Notes: a model not told the origin generated them from the sequence alone. Counted from the stretch's first letter, positions 14,530 to 28,124 are shown. The stretch: DNA of 64,000 nucleotides from Pecten maximus (GCF_902652985.1 NC_047022.1:43710001-43774000); one strand, 5' to 3'. Translations and numbers: made by a program.

Positions 14530-15500
14530 CCTGTTAGTAATCATAATAATCTTCCGCAAACGCGGGCAGTTTATTAGCTACGTATCTTTCACAAACTGAG
14601 CTTCTTCACTGTGGATTTGTCCGCTGGTTGCTGCTGCCTTCCGCTGTGCAGGACCTTTGATTGGACGGATATTCATTCCTCCAGTGGTTAATGCAAGCAC
14701 ATAAATAGTATGTTCCGTGTTGTTGTAACATCTGTGTGCTGTTTTCGGAATTCGCATGGAAATCATTCCTTCCCCGAGGGTCCCAGACAGGGCTGTTGGG
14801 GTCCACCAGTATTGTTACCGCCATTCCCAATACACAGAACGATCGCGGGATTGTTTCTTGGTAGTAAGGGCCCTTGATTTCTTCTTCTTGATAGTCCTAT
14901 TTTCTGCTTTATTGATTTTCCTTTCATCTTCACTGTCGCTAGCAATGTTACTTACCTCTTACTGTCTCAGTCTCCCATCCACCCTCACTGCTGGAATCAG
15001 CTATATTAATAAATTTTCTCAAGCCCAAGCGCCTTGTCGAATTCTTCAAATTCAGCGTTAAAACCAAATTGTGCTTTGTTTCCTTCGTTTTTAAACTTCA
15101 AAACATGTTCAGTTTTCATATGCTTAACTTGCGACGTTACTGACACGGCCACACCCTTTATTTCCTCGCGAAGGTCTGCAAGCTCCCGGGACAACTTAGA
15201 TTATATTGTTTGAATGTTCTTAACCTGTGCTTTCAACGCGTACCAAATATCCCCGAGACCTGTTTCGGCAGTACGTGACGAATTGGAATAGTCTTCCATG
15301 TGAAAATTGTGTAGCACAATATACAGTACACACACAATTACAGCCGAACTAGCACAGGTGCTCACCTGTCAATGGGTTTTCGCCGAATGATATACGTACA
15401 CCGTACCCGCTTTCTCACTCGGAAACGCTTGGCACTTTCCACAACCCGATACTCGTGCGCGATAGGGCGGCTCTCTCCGAAATAGGAGAACACGATTTCA
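14530..15500 (-). mobile_element. DIRS/Ngaro-like tyrosine-recombinase retrotransposon gag remnant
   Basis: Decayed minus-strand ORF from ATG ~15299: ..LKFKNEGNKAQFGFN..IADSSSEGGWET..IASDSEDERKINKAENRTIKKKK, a motif string I recognise from invertebrate DIRS/Ngaro ORF1. Stops and frameshifts present; RT and recombinase not seen. Boundaries approximate. Confidence 0.65.
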
Positions 15501-16880
15501 TTCTTATGCATTCCATTTAAATGAATTAAAATTATATATATACTCTTCGTAAGCTGAGTGATGTAAATATCCTCACCTATTATTTGATTGGTGACAGGAA
15601 AATCACATTAGGAACAAGGAAAATCAATATTTTGCATGTCAGAACTTTGTCAATGTGGACATTATAGATAATGCTTACCCTTTTTTATTGAAACAATTGT
15701 GTAGTAAAATAGAGTTCATCCCATCAGACCTACAGCTAACTTCACAAGGAAATCATATTTCTGCAAACTCCCTGATATATATTCGTGATACAAATAAACT
15801 TGATTTCTGTATATACCTCTATCACTCACTCCCTAACAGCTATTCTCATTTCCATTTAATGAAAGATGTCCCTTCGATAACATAATGCTAAGTCAATAAT
15901 GCACAACTTTTAAATTAATGTCCGCGTCTTTGATCTTTCCAAACTAATATGGCACTTACTAAACGGAGATTTCAGAACGAAAGACACACGTAAACTTTGA
16001 ACAGTTAAAAATACGGAATGGTGGAGTGTCAGCTAATACGAGCTAGGAAACTCACTCGGTCTTAGAAAAACAATTTTTTATGAGTTTTCGTAAAAAAAGT
16101 TATTCTTGATGAATTGTAAATGAAGGAGACTTCCAAATATTCTCCACCAATGCACACTTCCATCTCTTCCCTTCCTTACATCTCTCTATCCTTCCTTACA
16201 TCCCATCTCTACCCTTCCTTACATCTCTCAACCTTTCCTGAAATCCCATTTTCTTAAATATGATCATTATATTTAAATTCTAATGTGATCTTGTGTAAAT
16301 TCTTATCAGCTGTATAATGTTTTGGGGAAATGACTTTATATTAGCTGGAAAACTTGTGCCTGATCCCCGTTGTATAATGATAGTAACATGAATATATTCA
16401 AATCGAAATCCTTTCAAAAGGATATATCTAACATATGTTTTTCCCATTAAATGAGATTAGGGAAAATTGTTACAAACGAGAAGTACAATGTTCATGTATG
16501 TAATCAACTTTGTAACATACTTCCAGATATTTTCTTTAAGTTAAAAAGTATGGTTTATGTAAGGATTTTATCAAACAACAAATGAATGTTTATACGTGAC
16601 GTTTCAATGATTAGTGCAGTATGTACACTGTACCTTTCATCAGACTAATGACCAGGGCAGATGTTACTTTGAAACATTTCAAAACAAATATATTAACGTA
16701 AATACTCTTTATCACTTAAGATCAATATATCTACATCGTTATCAATTCATGATCTTCGTGACATTTCCAAATGTTGTCCAATAGAATGTCTCTAACGGTT
16801 TACAGAAGGTATATTTTTTTAAGTTTCATAAAATTATCACAAAGTACTGGCCTAACCGACTCACTTGATCAGCGTGAAGA

Positions 16881-19417
16881 ATGGAAGGCGTATACTGTAG
16901 GAAGACCACGGCCGAGGACTACGATGACGTCATCTCTGTACGTGAAAACGTTTATAATGGACTGGATTATATTCCAAGTCGATATCATAAGTTTTTAGAG
17001 TTTTCCACTGGATTTGGTGGTTTTATTGACAATACAATGGTAAGTTTGCATTTTGTTCTTAAACTTTTAAGAAGGAAGACAATTTTAACAAATTATGATT
17101 TTCCTCTGCATGTGTAAATATTTTACTCTTAGGTTAAATCTCACAGCAATAAAATTCACATCACATGGAAATAAATTTAGTCTACTATAATGGACAATTT
17201 AAAGGTACATGTACATGTATACTAGTGATATGTTAAGAAGTATACAATATGTTATATGTAATATATTGTTCTACAATTGTCCTGCAATAGTTCTACAATA
17301 GTTCTACAGTTCTACAATTGTTCTACAATAGTTCTACAGTTCTACAATTGTTCTACAATACTTCCATAATAGTTCTACAATTTTTCTACAATAGTTCTAC
17401 AATTGTTCTACAATAGTTCTACAGTTCTACAATTGTTCTACAATAGTTCCATAATAGTTCTACAATAGTTCTACAATAGTTCTACAATAGTTCTACAATA
17501 GTTCTACAATTGTTCTACAATAGTTCTACAATAGTTCTACAATAGTTCTACAATAGTTCTACAATAGTTCTACAGTTCTACAATTGTTCTACAATTGTTC
17601 TACAATAGTTCCATAATAGTTCTACAATTGTTCTACAATAGTTCTACAATTTTTCTACAATAGTTCTGCAATAGTTCTATAATAGTTATATTGAATTACA
17701 ATACCATTGGTTTTATCTGGTATCTAATAATGGGCTTCTGTACACATCAGTCTAATTAAAATTAGACTTGTAATTTTCGCTCCTCTATGTATCGTAGAGG
17801 AGTGGAAATTACAAGTCTAATTTTTTTTTTTAAATTAAATTGCTGTACACATGTTCCATTCTTTGTTTTATTGTCGTGTTATCTTCAGTCGTGTCACTTG
17901 CACTCCGTCTATTTCTTAGCATCTAAAACTTGTCATACAAATGTACATTAGTTTGTTAACGGAATTTGATCAGAATCTCACTGTTGTTTCGTTTTCACTG
18001 AACATGGTCATTTGTTATTTTCATCTCGCTATATTATAGTGATATCTATTCATCGAATGTGAAGTGTTCATGACTTGGTTTAACAGGTCTGCCAGGTAGA
18101 CCTATTGTGGCAGGCTTTTCAGCAGACGTGGTATATCTATTTCAGGTCAGTTTTATGTTTGCAACTGTCATTAACGATGGCCAAAGCATTCTTACTCATT
18201 CGATGAGAATAAGAAAGGAGTACGAAAGACAAGGGCTGGCAACAAAGACGAGGAACTATTGCATGCAAAATATGTCCAGTGAAGCACATGAAAAAGTATT
18301 CGTTATTTTATCGTCATCCATCCTGGAAAAAGTATTGCGACAAACACCCGCACATGTTGTATTTCAGCGGGTGAGTATACATTTGATAGAATTGATAGTT
18401 AACCATGAAAACCTAAGAGCATATAAATATTGATGCTTGAATAAAACTGATTAATAGAAGAGAACCTCGTGCAAATAAAGTCAATTGCGAAGCAGTTCAT
18501 GCACCATTTGCACGAAGGTAACCTCCATTGATCAGCCGATGCATACAACAAAAACGACAATAAATACTTATATATATATATGTTGGCCAATATCCAATTC
18601 CATTCATTATTAGATTGCAAAATTCATTTGTGACAGAAGTTCAAGTTATCCAGTTCTGGTAAATTGGAACTGAATTCAATTATTAGAATAGTACATAGAT
18701 ACCGTAATTGACATGCTGTCTACCTTTAGGCACCTTCATCACTCAAGTTACGCGGACTTGGATTCGAAAATGAGCAATAGTCCTTGTTCTGGTAATTTTT
18801 TTTTTAAATAACAGCATAATTACCCAATTAGATTTAGAATCTTTCTACTATAATGATATTAAGCTTTGTTTCAGAATATTGCGACTTTCAAATCGACAAA
18901 GGCGGCCATACAAACAGTGAGCATGCCTAAAAGCATGTCAGCGTCTCTAAAGAACGTCGACGAGGCATATCTTAGAGACGTTTTTCGGCATCAACGTGCT
19001 TGTGCTTACTTGTTCCCTGAAAACAAAATGATATTGTCTCGTTTACCATACAAACTGATGCCATCAAACATCAAACACATCATCAGACCGGAGACTGAAA
19101 TTTTGGCTTCACCGAATGAACTCGCCTTTTGTAAAGATGGTTCCTTGATGATATCCGCCGCCATTAAAGACAAGTGCGCAGCTGGTACGACAATGTTTCT
19201 GGATATTTTCGGCGATATTTCTGACGAGAAAAATATCACGGAGCATGTTTTCGAACAGACCAAAAGATTATCGGTCAACTGTGATGAAGACAGTCTGATG
19301 ATGTATCTTACATTTCCGACACAGCAGAACTGTGACACACTTTTCCGTGTACTTTCTGAATATACATGGACGATGGTTGAACAGAATATAATGTATGGTC
19401 TAGAACAGTCCATTTGA
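16881..19417 (+). CDS. NAT16 / histidine N-acetyltransferase-like GNAT protein, 3 exons (16881-17039, 18146-18370, 18875-19417), 308 aa
   Basis: N-terminus RKTTAEDYDDVISVRENVYNGLDYIP matches the NAT16/HISAT GLDY-P motif; the acetyl-CoA motif RIRKEYERQGLAT is in exon 2. All introns are GT-AG, phase 0, and the spliced ORF is open. Confidence 0.85.
17265..17690. repeat. 11-bp minisatellite (ttctacaatag/ttctacaattg) in NAT16-like intron 1
   Basis: Direct reading, roughly 35-40 units with variants. Confidence 0.95.
17755..17827. repeat. Small near-perfect hairpin/MITE
   Basis: aaaattagacttgtaattttcgctcctcta..tagaggagtggaaattacaagtctaatttt. Confidence 0.75.
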
Positions 19418-20837
19418 AATGAATCATTGCTAGGATTATAAACAACTATATCTTATTATCTCATAAAAATTAATTTGTATTTCAACACTGTGCCCTATGA
19501 TGGTAAGGTCTGAATTCAATTCAACTATATAAGCAAGTCCGGTTTAAAAAAAAATTTAGACCATTGGCTTGGATTGATTCTGCCTAATATGACTTCAAAT
19601 GTAAACTTAGGGATCTATCTTAATTATGATTTCACTTCAATTAAATTGTTCTTTATCTTATGGCCTTTCCAAAGTTTTAATATGTTTATACTAATAGTAA
19701 TTATCTGTTTTGCTATCCATATACGTGAGTTCATTTCCTATAGTCATTATTAAGAGTTTCATTTGAAATTTGGAAAGTATCATATTACCGTGATATTCAG
19801 AATAATTCTGTAATGATATTCAAATAAAACATTTTATTAGTATAGCAGCTGTATATATCTATATGTTTAAAATAATAGTGATTTTCTCCAGTTACATCAT
19901 TTCCATAGGATTTTGATTAACATAGACATTTGTGGTGGGGCAAGTACTTGGACATAAATGCCATCGTCTGTCATCACAGACAGTACACATAGACATCTTG
20001 ATTGATTGAAATAATAAAACCTAATATTTACATTGTTTTTTTATACTGCTACCAAGGTGTATAAAACATTTTTGATCGTAAGTAAGTTATTATTGTTTGT
20101 TTAAAGTGTTTTATAATTTTAATTGCTACACGAAACTCCAATAGGAACTCAGTAATCATTATTACATGACGGGTCACTGTGTTCGGAAAATGTCTTCTCT
20201 CGGCCTATTGAGGGATAGTTCGTGAAACTAATCGACACTGAACGGTATGCGCTACACACATCGACCTCAGATAAGAAACATCCGGGTGTGATGTGCGTAA
20301 TGTTCTCCCTTTGTATCAATTGAACTACATTTAACGAGTTATGTCTCCACTGACAGATTCAGCCAAAATATAGTCATTTAACGAGTTAGGTCTCCCTGGT
20401 TAGCAGCATGTGTTAGCATCATATCTGTTTCTCGATTTTGGAATCGTCCCAAGAGCAATCATTATTCGCGGTGGCGTCTCGTTTTTCTTTGTAGCTATCC
20501 CGGATAAGCTCATGTTGTATTTGCTGTTCAACTAAAATAAAGTACCGAGATGAGAAAAAGATATTTTTTTTGGTTTCCACAAGTGTTTATCTACATCATC
20601 AGGGACAATAACTCCATTCCGGGACTTACCAACTAATTGCTCTACAGCTTTGGCACCGTGGCCATTTGTAGTTTTCTATGGTGTGTTTTATTGCTGAATG
20701 ATCACCAAAACACAATTTACAGCTGTGAGCCAACTTAAACTCAGGATTCCATAATGACGACATATTTTCTTACCGCGACGTTTTGGCGTTGTCTTAGCAT
20801 TTGATGATCGGCTTTCGAACCAACTGAAAATCCAGCG

Positions 20838-21088
20838 TTGTCAGTATAATGTGACCGGGTGGGGTGTGCTGCTGGGTGTCTTCGGCAGTATGCTTTAGTG
20901 AGGTAGCACTATAAATCGGCAAAAGTCCCGGCCTATCACAAGGAGACATAACACGAACATACCGCAGCCTCCCAAAACACACATACGCACTCACCACACG
21001 CATGCATGTCGCACACACGGGAGGCCGTCCTTAAATGACCTTAGATGTTAATAGGACGTTAAACAAAATAAACCAAACCGAACCAAAT
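20838..21088 (+). mobile_element. 5'-truncated SINE with Meta-domain-like core (MetaSINE); a tail-only copy lies at ~33850-33906
   Basis: tgtcagtataatgtgaccgggtggggt..gtgtcttcggcagtatgctttagtgaggtagcactataaa resembles the Meta domain as I recall it. The 3' end is ccgtccttaaatgacc..aggacgttaaac followed by (aaacc)n. Confidence 0.7.
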
Positions 21089-22799
21089 CTACGGGACGAA
21101 TTCCATGGAAACTCCTCATGATTTTCAGTCTCTCTGAAAACATCTATGTCCTTCTGTTCCATCAGTTGTAAAATTGCCACTGTCCCTTAGTCCCACACTT
21201 CAATAGAGGTATTTTCTGTAGGAGTGGTTTCGGGTTACGATTTAATTTTACAAACATTCCCTCGATAGTTATTGTATCATGTTTGCCCTTCAAAGGAAAT
21301 CAATTGTGCATGCTTCCATCTTTTTATCTGCAGGTGTACATCGGTAGCATGACTGATACAGCGGAGAAATTATTTCAACAAAAACTCACTGCTAGTGTTA
21401 CCCCCCCCCCCCCCCCCCCCCCCCCCCCCTTCCATGTGAAGTGTTGGTGTTGTTGGCTACGGCTGGGTAGATCGGGGAGGGGTCCAACCAGGAACAACTT
21501 GAGGTGCTGAGAAGTCACGTCTTTGCCTTGTAACATGTATCTCTCTCCTCAAACGCACCGTTTCCCCTCCATTGTAGGGCCGCCAACTCCGCTCTAGCTG
21601 GTCCAACACCGATTGTTCAATAGGCCGTTTACTCAACTATGCGATGGACGATATATGGAACCACGTCCCCGACCGCTACATAGGGTAACCTTTATATCAT
21701 CGGACTCGTTTACAGTTATGAATACCTGGTCAAGAATGTAGACTTCCAATGCTCAAACCTTGTCCGCTTCCGGTTCTGAGCAGTCGTCTGACAACTGCGT
21801 GGTCCCACTGCTGAACGAAATTGTCTTCATTTTTGTTAACTTTAAGATTTTCTTAGGAAGGACACTGCGGATAATTTGACTAACCACGCAGTACCGATGC
21901 TGCCACTGTGCCATGTTAATATGAACAATGTCCGCGTTTTAGGAAGTCGGAGATGAAGAGGTGACAAAGAATCTCTAGAGCCAACGCAACCCAAATATCT
22001 CAGTGGTAGTTTACCCCGGGATGTTAAAGGACCAGAATCGTTTGGCCTACATGTACGATTCTCAACATTGGAAGGAAAAGATGGGAGAATGGACGGGACG
22101 TTAGATAAATTGTAATCACTTCGCAGCTATAACGGAGTTCTCCGGAAGCTTGATATGAGTATGGAAAGGAAGGGCACTTCAAATATAATTGCCCCGATCT
22201 TCTGAAGATTTTGTAGAAGAAACAGATCAGGTAAATACTGTCGGAGGGAGACAAAGACGAGGGCGATACAAACGGGAATGGGGAGGGCAGAGAGGTAGAA
22301 ATCCTTGTACATATTATCTACAATAACCTTTATTGAAAATCCACCAATACATATAGAAACTAGAAATATATAATCATATCTCAACGTTATTTACACCGGT
22401 TTCATCTTCGGGAACTTCATCTACATGTATTTCAAAAGCACTGCTCGGACCGAGCATGGGATCTTCGCAATCTAACTCAGTAATTCAGTAAGTTGGGGTC
22501 ATCGTCAAGACATAGAGGTCGGTTTCGACCTCTTTGCCGCCCCGTTCCCATTTAAATAGAATCGTCTTCACCCTTGTCTCCCTCCGACAATCTTTACCTG
22601 ATCTGCTTATTCTTTCTTCTTAAGATCTGAACGATTTTGGGATCTCTTAACTATCCTCGATCGCTCGAAAATTACGCCCAGCTCTTGGCCCCACTGTACG
22701 AGTTGACAGGGATGACTCATTTTGAGTGGAGGAGTATTTAAGCATGGCGCCATCTTTAACCAGCTGGAAATTGCTCTCACCTCCATGCTGGTTTTGACC

Positions 22800-23335
22800 C
22801 TACCGACCAAGGTTTGTACCAGACACGGACTAATCAGACAAGTCTCGAGGAACTTCCTGCTGTAGTACAATGCATTTCCGACACTATTTACTCAGACAAA
22901 ACGTGGTGGTTTGGACTGATCATAGTAGTCTACAATGGCTCCTCAATTTTAAAGATCATCAAGGTCAGATTGTCCGGTGGATTGAGGAACTTCGTCAATA
23001 TCGTCTGGAAATACGTCATCACAGGGTCATAGACCACCAGAAGGTCCATTTGTTCTGTCAACAGCTCGAGGACCATAAATGTGGACATAAGACCAGTGTG
23101 GACCTTTCAGATTTTCCCTCTTGGGATGCCGATATCGTGAAAGAGCCCGTCACAATTGACAAAAGTTTGTCATTGGGACTGATGAAGCAGGTTATATTTA
23201 TTAGTGCCTTGTTATACTGTAGCTACAAGCAAAAGTGTCTTTTAGTCAAATGTTTTTTTCCGCTACAATAGTAGTTAGTGCGCAGTGTAATTGTATGCCC
23301 GGTCAGGACAGTCGGGGTATTTTGGGGGTGGCATT
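22800..23335 (+). mobile_element. Ty3/Gypsy pol remnant (RNase H C-terminus) with a PPT-like end
   Basis: HFRHYLLRQNVVVWTDHSSLQWLLNFKDHQGQIVRWIEELRQYRLEIRHHR; G-rich ggtcaggacagtcggggtattttgggggtgg at ~23300-23331. Confidence 0.8.
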
Positions 23336-23576
23336 TTTTTTTTATAATATACATGTACAAAAAATGTACATGGATAACTTTATATTCTTATTGATAGAAC
23401 GTTAACCTTCTGTAGTAGCCGGTAGCGAATTCCCCCTGATCATGGACCATAATCATGTGGTATTTGATACATGTTTTGAAATACATAATTAAAGGTTATC
23501 TAATTGATTTCCACATTTGAAAGTTACAAAAACATGTTGGGCGTCGTGAAATATATCTTTGCCTACCCAAATTTAC

Positions 23577-23880
23577 CATGCAGTTCAGATAAAGCAACAT
23601 TTGTCTCAGAATGTATTTGTGCTGCCGATTTTGAGGGAGTCTTCGTTGGATATGTCGATCAGAATGTTTATATATACATATCAGTGCTGTAGAATGCCTA
23701 AGAAAACGGACACCCTTCTTGTTTATCTGCCCCGTTGCACATTAAAATCGTGACAGGTCAATGTTATGGAAGGTGGGTAGCTGTCTTCGTCAATATGAGA
23801 GTCGAGCGCCATGTTGATCCCGCCGAATAACTTTTTTTGGAAATCTGTTAATATCGCATCGTTGTCAATATCAAAACTGA
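23577..23880 (-). pseudogene. Decayed paralog of exon 1 of the 394-aa gene at 28124-25287
   Basis: With frameshifts it reads TLT-PVTILMCNGADKQEGCPFS*AFYS and LPQNRQHKYILRQMLLYL, versus TLTPLEIINCNGADCQQGFTFPDAYCS and LPDNNQEKHILCKLLDYL in the intact gene. It ends at a GTAAAT donor (23576) at the equivalent position. Confidence 0.75.
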
Positions 23881-24104
23881 CCCTTCCCTGAATCTCGTTT
23901 ACAAGGTGCCTTACAACTGCTTCCTCCGTCTTTCAAAGCAGACAGCACACGCATTGAAGACATACGGCCTACTTGGACTAAGGGACCAATGTTAGAAATT
24001 AGAATATACATTTTGTATCCCGCTTACCAGAATGAAAATGTAACAAGTGCAATCAATGTATGTATTTATAAGCATGTCATTTTGAAATTGTATATCACAT
24101 AATA

Positions 24105-24427
24105 TCGCTCCTAGACCTCTAATGGATGTATAAACCAAATAAGAAGGGTGTGGACTTACAAGCTTTCCAAAACTAACCCCCAAAATCTCTAAAGTGAGTT
24201 TTGGCGCCAAACAAGTTGTCCACAAAGTGGTCAAATGCGGAAAAATCACAATTTTTTTTTCTACATGATTTTGCAATAACATCACTCCTAGACCTCAAAT
24301 GAATGTATAAACCAAATAAGAAGGACATGAGGTGTATACTTTTGTACTATACAAGCTTTCAAAAAACTTTAAAGTTTTGGGTTGGGACGCCGACACCTCT
24401 GTTACTCGTAACCGGTGAGCTAAAAAT
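24105..24427 (-). mobile_element. Helentron-associated (HINE/pearl-like) element fragment
   Basis: Ends in ggtgagctaaaaa, the reverse complement of the tttttagctcacc terminus at 58865. Internal duplicated core ctcctagacctc..atgtataaaccaaataagaagg. Confidence 0.6.
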
Positions 24428-25286
24428 AGACTACGGGAATTCCCTTCCTTTGACTTAAAGAACACCAAGTAGGGTTTGCAAACTGTTATCGACTACAGTA
24501 GTCTGATATAATGGTAGATCTTGCACTGGGACAAAATAGATTACGTGTATATCGTTTTTTGTTTTTGTTTTTTTTTTCTAAGTTGACATGAATTGCTTTC
24601 ATCCAAATATTGTTTAATACCAAACCACTAGTAATAAGAAACTGCTTCATCTTAGCTACAGTGCAGTGCATTATTTTCATTACAAAAAAAATTAATTTTT
24701 GAATATTTTTTTATTCCCAAGTTATGGTACACAAAACAATAAGAAAGAAAATAGATTGTAGTGTCTAGTGATTTAAGTGTCTGTACAGACCTTATAACTA
24801 ATACATTTACAAAAAGTTTAATACATACATCAATATCACTGAAGCATATGGAATCTCCCATACAATCATTTCGTGTGGGCATGTTACAAATCAGTAAACC
24901 ATTGTTATCATGAGGCTTCTAGAGTAGTAGTGTTTTCTACTAAATAATACAGATCAGTTTTTGATTCTCCAAAGGAATACCCTACATTTTAAGTCATACA
25001 TTTTTTTTCACGCATGTGAATATTCCAATAATTGCACAAGTTAAAACTTAGACTCTGCTAACTGGCAAAAACTTCTTGCAACACTTCAAGTTATTAATTT
25101 AGCTTAACAAACAAATGCTGCACATATGTCTGTATAAACGAACCTCTAGGACATAAAATTGAAGACATTTTATTGACATATAAATAACCACAAAAATTTG
25201 TCACATTATATTTATAAGTTCTCATGCATTGCATTGTCTATATGGTACAAGAACTGGTGATCATTCCCCATACAATATTGCTTCAT

Positions 25287-28124
25287 CTACAAAATGATGT
25301 GTCCACTTTGCTTTGCCTTGATCTTGTCAATGATTTCTCGTGACCCTTTAAGGATAGGATCACTGGCGTCTACCACATTACAATGTTTCCGAGAGCGAGA
25401 AGGTTCCCCAACGTTACCCAATTTTAAAGAATATTCATAAATGTCTAACATTGATCCGGCATGTGAGAAGAAGCCTGCCTTCTTGTCTGTTGATAACATT
25501 GACTCTGTAAGTCCGCTACATAAATACTTGTAATTAATGACCAACCAAGAAGCCAGAACAGCAACAAAGTTGATCCGGAATTCACCACCGGAATCTTCTA
25601 CAAGCAATGGAATAGGGGAACTTTCTAGAAGAACATCATTATCCGAGTCATAGAAAAAGAAGACCAAATCTTTGCCAGTCACTCCGATACAAGGAAACAG
25701 ATAATGGTCATCTTCAGAGTGTCTCTGCTTCTGAAGAAATGAAAACACTATTGTCTCTGCAATAATCTGCGGGTTGTTTTTTAAACTTGCTGGTTTCCTT
25801 TCTTCCAAGGAATTTCCATCTGTATTTTCTAAAGGTTTCACAACAATAACATCATCATTGATGATAATATCCAAACTGCCATGCCATACTTCTTCATTTC
25901 CTGTGAAATAAGCATGAAAACATAATTAGAAGATATAATGGTGCGAGTCTGTCACCAAATTAAATTCATACCCTAGTAGATCCAAGTTTTATAAGCACTA
26001 GCATACAGAAGATGCACACAGTAACTACAAACTACACATAAAGAAATTAATTAACAACAATAACTTAATAATTATCCACACTTGATAAAAATTCAACCAA
26101 CATATTTGGAATGTTGTGTTGGATTAAAATGACAACAGCATTAAAAGGGACATAATCCCACAAATTAAGTTTGGTGATACAGTGGTAAACCTTTTACCTA
26201 GCTAAAATATAAGCTGAATTAGATTCCACGGTCAGATGTGGAAAGCATCGAAAGGTCAGCTGTCTCGGACCTTCTGGGTTTTATCCAGATACCTATACTG
26301 TAGGCCGCCAAGAGTGATTTATAAAACTGTGATAACTTGTTTAGGAACTGTTGTAATATAAATCAAGTTGTGATAACTTGTTTAGGAACTGTTGTAATAT
26401 TAATCAAGTTGTGATAACTTGTACAGGAACTGTTGTAATATAAATCAAGTCTTGTGAACTGTACATATAGATATGTAAGTTTACCTGCACTTGTATCGCC
26501 GTACTGACCACTCAGTTTACAATCACTGATACAGCAGGGACACTCAGCGCCTCGTCTCCCCTTAGAGTGCCAGTCGATGGTATAGGACGGAGATGCTGCC
26601 AATTTCACAAACAGGTGATTTGCCAAAAGAACAGATACATCTGTCTCGGAAAACATTTCTGATTGTTCCAGCACAGCATGGGAATCTGAATTGATAATGA
26701 TACAATTAAAAGAATCTTACACCATTATTTGGCATTTAACTCATTACTGAAATAAGTACAGCAATTTTGAAAATAATGTACAGAGTGTGACCGTATGACT
26801 TTGTATATCAAGTATAGATTTTTGTACGTTAATGTTTTTGTACGTTTATGTTTTTGTACGTTTATGTTTGTATGAAAAATACATTAAACATTGTTAACAT
26901 ATATCAATGATATATCCTTCTCTAGTAGCAATGTGTCAGACCATTTGGTATCATGACATCACTTTAATTAAGATGTCATGTGAAAATTCTCTGTCTTATG
27001 CATGAAAAAGACCCACGTTTGATACAATTTGCTGGAGAATTATCCATTTTGGAAGCAGTCTTTGAAGAGTTTAACACATTTGACCCTTGTAGTCATGAAA
27101 GTTGGTAAAAGTAAACTTGGTAGCTCTTCACCCCAGCATGCTACTGGTCCAATATCTTGACTTGTAGTCTTTTAATTATTCGGATTTTTAAAAAGATTTT
27201 TACACATTTGACCCTCTGTGACCTTGAAAGTAGGTCAAGGTCATTCATTTAAGCAAACTTTCATTTGATGCCCTTCTTTTAGTTAATAAGAAGTTGTTAA
27301 AAGATTTTTGACATAATTGTCCCTTTATTGTGGCCTTGAAATTAGGTCAAGGTCATTGATTTGAACAAACTTTAATTTTTCGAGCCCTTCATCTTCTGGC
27401 CCAATTGTTTATTGAGAAGTACTAGTCGCTTACATTTTTTAACACTTTGACACCTGTGACCTTAAAGCACATTCATTCGAACAAAACAAGCATGATTCAT
27501 GATTTACCAGTGTTTACAATACATGTACTAAAATGGTGACCATATTTTATGTATATGCTTAACAATATTGATTTATTGATCACATGTTTGGGCAATGCCA
27601 GCTCAGTATTTGTCATGATAACACTATTCAGTAACTAATAGTTCTACTCTGTTGATTTTGTACAGTCTGTACAAGCTAATATAAGGTGTTAGGCAATTAT
27701 CAATAGCTACATGAGCTACTTGTAGATTTCTGCTAGAGTTTACTCTATTTTTACCTTTATCAACAAGGTAATCCAACAGCTTGCACAATATATGTTTTTC
27801 TTGATTATTATCTGGTAAAACATGGCCATCTAAATAGTGTAGAACCATATAGATTCCCTTTTCAAACACACTACCAAATACATGCAGCGGTTCTATAGGA
27901 CTAACACTGCAATAGGCATCCGGGAATGTAAATCCCTGTTGACAGTCCGCGCCGTTGCAGTTAATTATTTCTAACGGTGTTAATGTGTAACATGGGACAT
28001 TTAAGTCTGACAGAACACCCATACTGATCGCCGTTTTGAGTACAAGTTCGTCTGGGAATTCAGGAGTTGAAAAACGGGCCCTCTTTGCGGGCCCTCCATC
28101 ATCAAATGTTATCTTGGACGCCAT
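25287..28124 (-). CDS. Uncharacterised 394-aa protein, 3 exons (28124-27755, 26685-26485, 25900-25287); possible PD-(D/E)xK-like C-terminal domain
   Basis: ATG at 28124 (MASKITFD..). Two phase-1 GT-AG introns give 1185 nt of open frame to TAG. Motifs WHGSLDIII..EERK..PQIIAETIVFSF. The promoter side is interrupted by a MULE insertion. Confidence 0.8.
26328..26450. repeat. 41-bp tandem repeat, 3 copies (intron 2 of the 394-aa gene)
   Basis: tgtgataacttgtttaggaactgttgtaatataaatcaagt x3. Confidence 0.9.
27050..27490. repeat. Degenerate HINE-type core repeats (~140-bp period)
   Basis: Recurring acacatttgaccc..tgaccttgaaagtaggtcaaggtcatt..aacaaactt units. Confidence 0.55.

Noticed and set aside
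19006-19413. 135-aa minus-strand ORF
   Set aside because: Antisense shadow of NAT16-like exon 3.
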